Source of the DNA: Eledone cirrhosa
Lineage: Eukaryota
NCBI GenBank assembly: GCA_964016885.1
Contig: OZ024740.1
Coordinates: forward strand, 8,556,001 to 8,620,000
Reading direction: 5' to 3'
Length of the DNA stretch: 64,000 bases
Positions 53,457 through 64,000 of this stretch are shown here, piece after piece. Under the pieces are notes generated by a model. It was not told the origin of the DNA and did not search any database. It was given only the letters and a program-made list of their open reading frames with translations. Numbering within the stretch: the stretch's first letter is position 1; each line of letters begins with the position of its first letter. Both the position numbers and the translations under genes were made by a program.

Positions 53457-56066
53457 ATCAGTTTCGATTGGTATGTCAGTTTCGATTGGTATGTCAGTTA
53501 CTATTGGTATGTCAGTTTCGATTGGTATTTCAGTTTCGATTGGTATGTCAGTTTCTATTGGTATATCAGTTTCGATTGGTATGTCAGTTTCGATTGGTAT
53601 GTCAGTTTCTATTGGTATATCAGTTTCGATTGATATGTCAGTTTCTATTGGTATGTCAGTTTCTATTGGTATATCAGTTTCGCTTCGTATGTCAGTTTCG
53701 ATTGGTATATCAGTTTCGAATGGAATGTCAATCTCGATTGGTATGTCAATTTCGATTGGTATATCAATTTCGATTGGTATATCAGTTACTATTGGTATGT
53801 CAGTTTCGATTGGTATGTCAGTTTCGATTATTATATCAGTTACTATTGGTATGTCAGTTTCGATTGGTATGTCAGTTTCGATTAGTATGTCAGTTTCTAT
53901 TGGTATATCAGTTTCAATTGGTATGTCAGTTTCGATTAGTATGTCAGATTCTATAAGTCTGTCAGTTTCTATTGGTATATCAGTTTCGATTGGTATATCA
54001 GTTTCGATTGGTATATCAGTTTAGATTGGTATGTCAGTTTCGATTGGTATGTCAGTTACTTTTGGTATGTCAATTTCGATTGGTATTTCAGTTTCGATTG
54101 TTATGTCAGTTTCTTTTGGTATATCAGTTTCGGTTGGTATGTCAGTTTCAATTATTACATCAGTTTTGATTGGTATGTCAGTTTCTATTGGTATGTCAGT
54201 TTCGATTAATATGTCAGTTTGTATTGGTATATCAGTTTCTATAAGTATGTCAGTTTCTATTGGTATGTCAGTTTCGATTAGTATATCAGTTTCGATTGGT
54301 ATGTCAGTTTCGATTGGTATATAAGTTTCGATTGGTATGTCAGTTTCGATTGGTATTTCAGTTACTATCGGTATGTCAGTTTCGATTGGTATTTCAGTTT
54401 CGATTGGTATGTCAGTTTCTATTGGTATATCAGTTTCGGTTGGTATGTCAGTTTCAATTAGTACATCAGTATTGATTGGTATGTCAGTTTCTATTGGTAT
54501 GTCAGTTTCGATTAATATGTCAGTTTCTATTGGTATATCAGTTTCTATAAGTATGTCAGTTTCTATTGGTATATCAGTTTCGATTGATATATCCGTTTCG
54601 ATTAGTATGTCAGTTTCTATTGGTATATCAGTTTCGATTGGTATATCAGTTACTATTCGTATGTCAGTTTCTATTGGTTTGTAAGTTTCGATTAGCGTAT
54701 CAGTTTCTATTGTTACATCAGTTTCTATTGGTATATCAGTTTCTATTGGTATGTCAGTTTTGATTGGTAGGTCAGTTTCTATTGGTATGTCAGTTTCTAT
54801 TGGTATGTCAGTTTCGATTGGTAGGTCAGTTTCTATTGGTATGTCAGTTTCTATTGGTATGTCAGTTTCTATTGGTATATCAGTTTCGATTGGTATGTCA
54901 GTTTCTATTGTTATGTCAGTTTCGATTGGTATATCAGTTTAGATTAATATGTCAGTTTCTATTGGTATGTCAGTTTCTATTGGTATATCAGTCTCGAATA
55001 CAATGTCAATCTCGATTGGTATGTCAATTTCGATTGGTATATCAGTTTCGATTAGTATATCAGTTACTATTGGTATGTCAGTTTCGATTGGTATGTCAGT
55101 TTCGATTATTATATCAGTTACTATTGTTATGTCAGTTTCGATTGGTATTTCAGTGTCTATTGGTATGTCAGTTTCTATAAGTATGTCAGTTTCTATTGGT
55201 ATATCAGTTTCGATTGGTATATCAGTTTCGATTGGTATGTCAGTTTCGATTGGTATGTCAGTTTCTATTGGTATATCAGTTTCTATTGGTAAATCAGTTT
55301 CGATTAGTTTATCAGTTTCAATTGGTACGTCAGTTTGGATTGGTATGTCAGTATCTATTAGTATATCAGTTTCTATTGGTATGTCAATTTTGATTCTTAT
55401 GTCAGTTTGGATTGGTATATCAGTTTCGATTGGTATGTCAGTTTCGATTGCTATGTGAGTTTTGATTTGTATATCAGTTTTGAATGGTATCTCAATCTCG
55501 ATTGGTAGGTCAATTTCGATTGCTATATCAGTTTCGATTAGTATGTCAGTTTCTATTGGTATGTCAGTTTCAATTAGTTTATCAGTTTCTATAGGTATGT
55601 CAGTTTCGATTGGTACGTCAGATTCTATTGGTATATCAGTTTCTATTGGTATGTCTGTTTCTATTGGTAAGTCAGTTTCGATTGATATGTCAGTTTTTAT
55701 TGGTATATCAGTTTCGATTGGTATGTCAGTTTCGATTGGTATGTCAGTTTCTATTGGTATATCAGTTTCGATTGATATATCAGATTCTATTGGTATGTCA
55801 GTTTCTATTGGTATATCAGTTACTATTGGTATGTCAGTTTCGATTGGTATGTCAGTTTCGATTATTATATCAGTTACTATTGGTATGTCAGTTTCGATTG
55901 GAATGTCAGTTTCGATTGGTATGTCAGTTTCTATTTGTATATCAGTTTCGATTGGTATGTCAGTTTCGATTAGTATATCAGATTCTATAAGTCTGTCAGT
56001 TTCTATTGGTATATCAGTTTCGATTGGTATGTCAGATTCTATTGGTATGTCAGTTTCTATTGGTAT
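53457..56066. repeat. 18-bp satellite, right-domain type
   Basis: Same monomer and orientation. Shares variant blocks with 48990-49550 (TTACTTTTGG, CTTCGTATG). Confidence 0.96.
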
Positions 56067-57556
56067 CATCATCATCATCATCATCACCGTTTTACGTCCG
56101 TTCTTCCACGCTAGCATGGGTTAGACGGGTTGTCCTGTTGTGGGCAGTGTCTGGTCGGCTGACCATGCCTTGCTCATACAGGAACTGATCTGGCTTGATT
56201 TCTACAGCTGGATGCCCTTCCTAACACCAACCTCATTTACAGTGAGTGCTGGGTGCTTTTTCGTGGCGCCTACACGTCCACTTTACAGTGTGGGCTGGGT
56301 GCTTTTTTGCCGTGGCACCTCCACGACCACCTTGCGGTGGGGGGGGGGGGGGCATATTGTTTATATGCTTCAGCATGTACCCATGGGAGGTCGGGTACCC
56401 TGTATTACTGCGTGACGCCAGAAGTCACGGTCGTGTGTCATTGACTTTGAGAGGTGTAGTTGGGTAAGGTCGGCTTTTATCACCTCATCCCAAGTCATCT
56501 TGGGTCTCCCCACTCCGCGGTTTCCATCAACTTCTAGTGCTCTGCACCTTTTTATGTAGCTGTCATCCTTCATACGCATCACATGTCCATACCAGCGTAA
56601 CCGCCTCTCCTGCACGCAGCATTTTATTCCTCTTATGCTCAGTCTCTCTCTCAATTCATTTATGCTTTGTCGTTCACGTATATTACTGTTACACATCCAT
56701 CGGAGCATGCAGGCTTCGTTTCTCTCTAATCTACGTAAGTCTTCCACCTTCAGCGCCCAGGTCTCACTACCATGCAACATCGCTGTTCGGATACACGCAT
56801 CATACAGTCTGCCTTTCATTCTGAGGGAGAAGCCTTTTGCAGCTAGCAGTGGTAGTAGTTCCCTAAACTTCTTCCATCCCGTTCTTACCCTAGTTATTGT
56901 ACTTTCTGAGCACCCACCTCCGTTGCTAATTCGGTCACCTAGGTAGCAGAAGCTGTCTACTGTTTCTACAGGGCCCTCCCAGAGATTGGTGGTACTTGTT
57001 TCCTGTGGCTGTTTGCTTGCTGTTTCAGCACAGCTGCTGCATGTGAATCCTACATTCTTAATTAAGCTTCCTGAGATCCCGCTACATCTCTTGTGTACCC
57101 ATTGTTTGCATTTGGGGCAAAGAATGGAGTTCCTACCTACACCTTTCCTACATACTGAGCAAGGCCATTTCCCTGAGGGGATCTGGGTTCTGTTTTCTCG
57201 TCTACTTATAAGGACCTTAGTCTTTGTCATGTTGACTTTGAGGCCCTTTCTCTCTAGTCCCTGCTTCCAGGTTTGGAATTTATTCTCTAGTTCTACCATA
57301 GATTCAGCTATGAGTGCGAGGTCATCAGCATACAGGAGTTCCCATGGGCATCCGGTCTTAAACTCCTCCGTTATTGCCTGCAGGACTATGATGAACAGGA
57401 GAGGGCTAAGAACAGAGCCCTGGTGGACCCCAACCTGTACGCTAAATTCCTCGCTATACTCATTGCCAATCCTAACTTTGCTGACTGCTCCCCTATACAT
57501 GGCTTGTACCGCTTTCACAAGCCATTCATCTACTCCTAGTTTTCTAAGAGCCCACC
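56067..57556 (-). mobile_element. RTE-clade LINE, family B, 5'-truncated, inserted antisense to the other elements
   Basis: (CAT)n at 56067-56086 is the tail on the minus strand. The 3' UTR is homologous to, but diverged from, family A. The RT fragment starts at WALRKLGVDEW. TSD TGGTAT at 56061-56066 and 57557-57562. Confidence 0.93.
56370..57554 (-). pseudogene. C-terminal part of LINE RT ORF (family B), open frame, with PHD-type finger
   Basis: GVHQGSVLSPLLF, YADD, CSVC...CPKC...WVHKRC...FTCSSC, FCYLG and RLRWYGHVMR. No internal stop, but 5'-truncated. Confidence 0.92.
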
Positions 57557-60500
57557 TGGTATAACAGTTTCAATTGGTATGTCAATTTCTATTGGTATGT
57601 CAGTTTCGATTGGTATGTCAGTTTATATTGGTATGTCAGTTTCGATTAGTATATCAGTTTCTATTGATATGTCAGTTTCGATTGGTATGTCAGTCTCGAT
57701 TGGTATGTCAGTTTAGATTAGTATATCAGTTCCGATTGGTATATCCATTTCGATTGGTATATCAGTTTAGATTGGTATGTCAGTTTCGATTGGTATGTCA
57801 GTTACTATTGGTATGTCAGTTTCGATTGGTATTTCAGTTTCGATTGGTATGTCAGTTTCGATTGTTATGTCAGTTTCTATTGGTATATCAGTTTCTATTG
57901 GTATGTCAGTTTCGATTGGTAGGTCAGTTTCTATTGCTATGTCATTTTCTATTGGTAAGTCAGTTTCGATTGGTAGGTCAGTTTCTAATGGTATGTCAGT
58001 TTCTATTGGTATGTCAGTTTCTATTGGTATATCAGTTTCGATTGGTATGTCAGTTTCTATTGTTACGTCAGTTTCGATTGGTATATCAGTTTAGATTAAT
58101 ATGTCAGTTTCTATTGGTATATCAGTTTCGAATGCAATGTCAATCTCGATTGGTATGTCAATTTCAATTTGTATATCAGTTTCGATTGGTATATCAGTTA
58201 CTATTGGTATGTCAGTTTCGATTGGTATGTCAGTTTCGAATATTATATCAGTTACTATTGGTATGTCAGTTTCGATTGGCATGTAAGTGTCTATTGGTAT
58301 GTCAGTTTCTATAAGTATGTCAGTTTCTGTTGGTATATCAGTTTCGATTGGTATATCAGTTTCGATTGGTATGTCAGTTTCGATTGGTATGTCAGTTTCT
58401 ATTGGTATATCAGTTTCTATTGGTATGTCAGTTTCGATTAGTTTATCAGTTTCAATTGGTATGTCAGTTTCGATTGGTATGTCAGTATCTATTGGTATAT
58501 CAGTTTCTATTGGTATGTCAATTTCGATTGCTACGTCAGTTTCTATTGGTATGTCAGTTTTGATTAGTATGTCAGTTTCTATTGGTATATCAGTTTCTAT
58601 AAGTATGTCAGTTTCTATTGGTATGTCAGTTTCGATTGGTATATCAGTTTCGATTGGTATGTCAGTTTCTATTGTTATGTCAGTTTCGATTGGTATATCA
58701 GTTTTGAATGGTATGTCAATCTCGATTGGTAGGTCAGTCTCGATTGCTATATCAGTTTCGATTAGTATGTCAGTTTCTATTGGTATGTCAGTTTCAATTA
58801 GTTTATCAGTTTCTATTGGTATGTCATTTTCGATTGGTATGTCAGATTCTATTGGTATATCAGTTTAGATTGGTATGTCAGTTTCTATTGGTATGTCAGT
58901 TTCGATTGGTAGGTCAGTTTCTATTGGTATGTCAGTTTTGATTGGTATGTCAGTTTCTATTGGTATATCAGTTTTGATTGGTATGTCAGTTTCTATTGGT
59001 ATATCAGTTTCGATTGATATATCAGTTTCTATTGGTATGTCAGTTTTTATTGGTATATCAGTTTCGATTGGTATGTCTGTTTCGATTGGTATATCAGTTT
59101 CGAATGGAATGTCAATCTCGATTGGTATGTCAATTTCGATTGGTATATCAATTTCGATTGGTATATCAGTTAATATTGGTATGTCAGTTTCGATTGGTAT
59201 GTCAGTTTCGATTATTATATCAGATACTATTGGTATATCAGTGTCGATTAGTATGTCAGTTTCTATTGGTATATCAGTTTCGATTGGTATGCCAGTTTCT
59301 ATTGGTATGTCAGTTTCTATTGGTATGTCAGTTTTGATTAGTATATCAGTTTCTATTGGTATGTCAGTTTCAATTAGTACATCAGTTTTGATTGGTATGT
59401 CAGTTTCTATTGGTATGTCAGTTTTGATTAGTATGTCAGTTTCTATTGGTATATCAGTTTCTATAAGTATGTCAGTTTCTATTGGTATGTCAGTTTCGAT
59501 TGGTATATCAGTTTCGATTGGTATGTCAGTTTCTATTGTTATGTCAGTTTCGATTGGTATATCAGTTTAGATTAATATGTCAGTTTCTATTGGGATATCA
59601 GTTTCGAATGCAATGTCAATCTCGATTGGTATGTCAATTTCAATTGGTATATCAGTTTCGATTTGTATATCAGTTACTATTGGTATGTCAGTTTCGATTG
59701 GTATGTCAGTTTCGATTAGTATATCAGATTCTATAAGTCTGTCAGTTTCTATTGGTATATCAGTTTCGATTGGTATATAAGTTTCGATTGGTATGTCAGT
59801 TTCGATTGTTATATCAGTGTCGATTAGTATGTCAGTTTCTATTGGTATATCAGTTTCGATTGGTATGTCAGTTTATATTGGTATGTCAGTTTCTATTGGT
59901 ATAACAGTTTCAATTGGTATGTCAATTTCTATTGGTATGTCAGTTTCGATTGGTATGTCAGTTTATATTGTTATGTCAATTTCGATTAGTATATCAGTTT
60001 CGATTGGTATGTCAGTTTCGATTGTTATATCAGTTACTATTGGTATGTCAGCTTCGATTGGTATTTCAGTTTCGATTGGTATGTCAGTTTCTATTGGTAT
60101 ATCAGTTTCGGTTGGTATGTCAGTTTCAATTAGTACATCAGTTTCGATTGGTGTGTCAGTTACTATTAGTATGTCAGCTTCGATTGGTACATCTGTTTTG
60201 ATTGTTATGTCAGTTTCGATTAGTATGTCAATTTCTATTGGTATATCAGTTTCTATAAGTATATCAGTTTCGATTGATGTATCCGTTTCGATTAGTATGT
60301 CAGTTTCGATTGGTATGTCAGTTACTATTGGTATGTCAGTTTCGATTGGTATTTTAGTTTCGATTGGTATGTCAGTTTCTATTTGTATGTCAGTTTCGAT
60401 TGGTATATCAGTTTCGATTGGTATGTCAGTTTCGATTGGTATGTCATTCTCTATTGGTATATCAGTTTCGATTGATATATCCGTTTCGATTAGTATGTCA

Positions 60501-63500
60501 GTTTCTATTGGTATATCAGTTTCGATTGGTATATCAGTTACTATTGGTATGTCAGTTTCTATTGGTTTGTCAGTTTCGATTAGTGTATCAATTTCTATTG
60601 GTATGTCAGTTTCGATTGTTATGTCAGTTTCTATTGGTATATCAGTTTCGAATGCAATGTCAATCTCGATTGGTATGTCAATTTCAGTTGGTATATCAGT
60701 TTCGATTATTATATCAGTTACTATTGGTATGTCAGTTTCGATTGGTATGTCAGTGTCTATTGGTATGTCAGTTTCTATAAGTATGTCAGTTTCTATTGGT
60801 ATATCAGTTTCGATTGGTATATCAGTTTAAATTGGTATGTCAGTTTCGATTGGTATGTCAGTTTCTATTGGTATATCAGTTTCTATTGGTATGTCAGTTT
60901 CCATTAGTTTATCAGTTTCAATTGGTATGTCAGTTTCTATTGGTATATCAGTTTCGATTGGTATGTCAGTTTCGATTGTTATATCAGTGTCGATTAGTAT
61001 GTCAGTTTCTATTGGTATATCAGTTTCGATTGGTATGTCAGTTTATATTGGTATGTCAGTTTCTATTGGTATAACAGTTTCAATTGGTATGTCAATTTCT
61101 ATTGGTATGTCAGTTTCGATTGGTATGTCAGTTTATATTGTTATGTCAATTTCGATTAGTATATCAGTTTCGATTGGTATGTCAGTTTCGATTGTTATAT
61201 CAGTTACTATTGGTATGTCAGCTTCGATTGGTATTTCAGTTTCGATTGGTATGTCAGTTTCTATTGGTACATCAGTTTCGATTGGTGTGTCAGTTACTAT
61301 TAGTATGTCAGCTTCGATTGGTACATCTGTTTTGATTGTTATGTCAGTTTCTATTGGTATGTCAGTTTCGATTAGTATGTCAATTTCTATTGGTATATCA
61401 GTTTCTATAAGTATATCAGTTTCGATTGATGTATCCGTTTCGATTAGTATGTCAGTTTCGATTGGTATGTCAGTTACTATTGGTATGTCAGTTTCGATTG
61501 GTATTTTAGTTTCGATTGGTATGTCAGTTTCTATTTGTATGTCAGTTTCGATTGGTATATCAGTTTCGATTGGTATGTCAGTTTCGATTGGTATGTCATT
61601 CTCTATTGGTATATCACTTTCGATTGATATATCCGTTTCGATTAGTATGTCAGTTTCTATTGGTATATCAGTTTCGATTGGTATATCAGTTACTATTGGT
61701 ATGTCAGTTTCTATTGGTTTGTCAGTTTCGATTAGTGTATCAATTTCTATTGGTATGTCAGTTTCTATTGGTATATCAGTTTCGAATGCAATGTCAATCT
61801 CGATTGGTATGTCAATTTCAGTTGGTATATCAGTTTCGATTATTATATCAGTTACTATTGGTATGTCAGTTTCGATTGGTATGTCAGTGTCTATTGGTAT
61901 GTCAGTTTCTATAAGTATGTCAGTTTCTATTGGTATATCAGTTTCGATTGGTATATCAGTTTAAATTGGTATGTCAGTTTCGATTGGTATGTCAGTTTCT
62001 ATTGGTATATCAGTTTCTATTGGTATGTCAGTTTCCATTAGTTTATCAGTTTCAATTGGTATGTCAGTTTCGATTGGTATATCAGTGTCTATTGGTATGT
62101 CAGTTTCTATAAGTATGTCAGTTTCTATTGGTATATCAGTTTCGATTGGTATATCAGTTTAAATTGGTATGTCAGTTTCGATTCGTATGTCAGTTTCTAT
62201 TGGTATATCAGTTACTATTGGTATGTCAGTTTCGATTAGTTTATCAGTTTCAATTGGTATGTCAGTTTCGATTGGTTTGTCAGTATCTATTGGTATATCA
62301 GTTTCTATTGGTATGTCAATTTCGATTGCTACGTCAGTTTTGATTGGTATATCAGTTTTGAATGGTATGTCAATCTCGATTGGTAGGTTAGTTTCGATTG
62401 GTATATCAGTTTCGATTAGTATGTCAGTTTATATTGGTATGTCAGTTTCAATTAATTTATCAGTTTAGATTGGTATGTCAGTTTCGATTGGTATATCAGT
62501 TTCAATTGGTATGTCAGTTTCTATTGGTATTTCAGTTTCTATTGGTAGGTCAGTTTCTATTGGTATGTCAGTTTCGATTGGTATGTCAGTTTCTATTGGT
62601 ATATCAGTTTCGATTGATATAACAGTTTCTATTCGTATGTCAGTTTCTATTGGTATATCAGTTTCGATTGATATATCAGTTTCGATTGTTATGTCAGTTT
62701 CGATTAGTTTATCAGTTTCAATTGGTATGTCAGTTTCGATTGGTATGTCAGTATCTATTGGTATATCAGTTTCTATTGGTATGTCAATTTCGATTGCTAC
62801 GTCAGTTTTGATTGGTATATCAGTTTTAAATGGTATGTCAATCTCGATTGGTAGGTCAGTTTCGATTGGTATATCAGTTTCGATTAGTATGTCAGTTTCT
62901 ACTGGTATGTCAGTTTCAATTAGTTTATCAGTTTCTATTGGTATGTCAGTTTCGATTGGTATATCAGATTCTATAGGTATATCAGTTTCTATTGGTATGT
63001 CTGTTTCTATTGGTATATCACTTTCTATTGGTATATCAGTTTCTATTGGTATGTCCGTTTCTATTGGTATATCAGTTTCGATTGGTATATCAGTTTAGAT
63101 TGGTATGTCAGTTTCGATTGGTATGTCAGTTTCGATTGGTATATCAGTTTCAATTGGTATTTCAGTTTCTATTGGTATGTCAGTTTCGATTGGTAGGTCA
63201 GTTTCTATTGGTATGTCAGTTTCGATTGTTATGTCAGTTTCTATTGGTATATCAGTTTCGATTGATATATCAGTTTCTATTGGTAGGTCAGTTTCGATTG
63301 GTATATCAGTTTCGATTAGTATGTCAGTTTCTATTGGGATGTCAGTTTCGATTGGTATATCAGATTCTATTGGTATATCAGTTTCTATTGGTATGTCACT
63401 TTCTATTGGTATATCACTTTCTATTGGTATGTCTGTTTGTATTGGTATATCACTTTCTATTGGTATATCAGTTTCGATTGTTATGTCAGTTTCGATTGGT

Positions 63501-64000
63501 ATATCAGTTTCGAATGGAATGTCAATCTCGATTGGTATGTCAATTTTGATTGGTATATCAATTTCGATTGGTATATCAGTTACTATTGGTATGTCAGTTT
63601 CGATTGGTATGTCAGTTTCGATTGGTATGTCAGTTTCTATTGGTATATCAGTTTCGATTGGTATGTCAGTTTCGATTAGTATATCAGATTCTATAAGTCT
63701 GTCAGTTTCTATTGGTATATCAGTTTCAATTGGTATATCAGTTTCGATTGGTATGTCAGTTTCGATTGTTATATCAGTGTCGATTAGTATGTCAGTTTCT
63801 ATTGGTATATCAGTTTCGATTGGTATGTCAGTTTCTATTAGTATGTCAGTTTCTATTGGTATATCAGTTTCTATAAGTATGTCAGTTTCTATTGGTATGT
63901 CAGTTTCGATTGATATATCAGTTTAGATTGGTATGTCAGTTTCGATTGGCATGTCAGTTACTATTGGTATGTCAGCTTCGATTGGTATTTCAGTTTCGAT
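57557..64000. repeat. 18-bp satellite, right-domain type, with a ~1.15-kb tandem duplication (~59790-62060)
   Basis: Landmark offsets 59914/61084 (1170), 60364/61516 (1152) and 60796/61930 (1134). The array continues beyond the right edge. Confidence 0.96.

Noticed and set aside
49569-53495. Long (38-41 bp) TSD around the near-full-length LINE
   Set aside because: The match consists of consensus monomers expected by chance in this array. It cannot be distinguished from the minimal 5-bp ATATC duplication.
56339-56352. G14 run and the C-rich tracts after the LINE stop codons as functional G-quadruplex elements
   Set aside because: Low-complexity tracts that differ between families and copies. 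Homopolymer length is error-prone and there is no further support.
17-63926. Hundreds of ORFs encoding (MSVSIG)n, (VCQFRL)n, (YISFDW)n or (IETDIP)n as protein-coding genes
   Set aside because: They are the automatic result of an 18-bp (3n) monomer lacking stops in several frames. They overlap in multiple frames and have no unique sequence.

Overview
This is eukaryotic repetitive DNA with no host gene visible. About 55.7 kb of the 64 kb is one uninverted head-to-tail array of an 18-bp satellite (consensus ATTGGTATRTCAGTTTCK, roughly 3,100 monomers); nearly all ORFs in the track are read-outs of this repeat. The array has two domains. The left one (1 to ~35.1 kb) is transposon-free with nested higher-order repeats (1170 bp, 2125 bp, ~5-6 kb, ~11.4-12 kb). 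The right one (~35.1-64 kb) has other diagnostic variants and four (GAT)n-tailed non-LTR retroelements: a 5'-truncated RTE-clade LINE (35235-37884), a tRNA-headed CORE-like SINE (41430-41775), a near-full-length but disabled copy of the same LINE family (49610-53456), and a 5'-truncated LINE of a second family on the minus strand (56067-57556), whose 3' UTR matches the SINE tail. Most notable: all three LINEs carry a complete C4HC3 PHD-type finger inside the reverse transcriptase; all four insertions fall at the same register of the monomer; and the LINE/SINE 3' ends share a covarying hairpin/pseudoknot-like module. A mollusc (octopus-like) host is an inference only.
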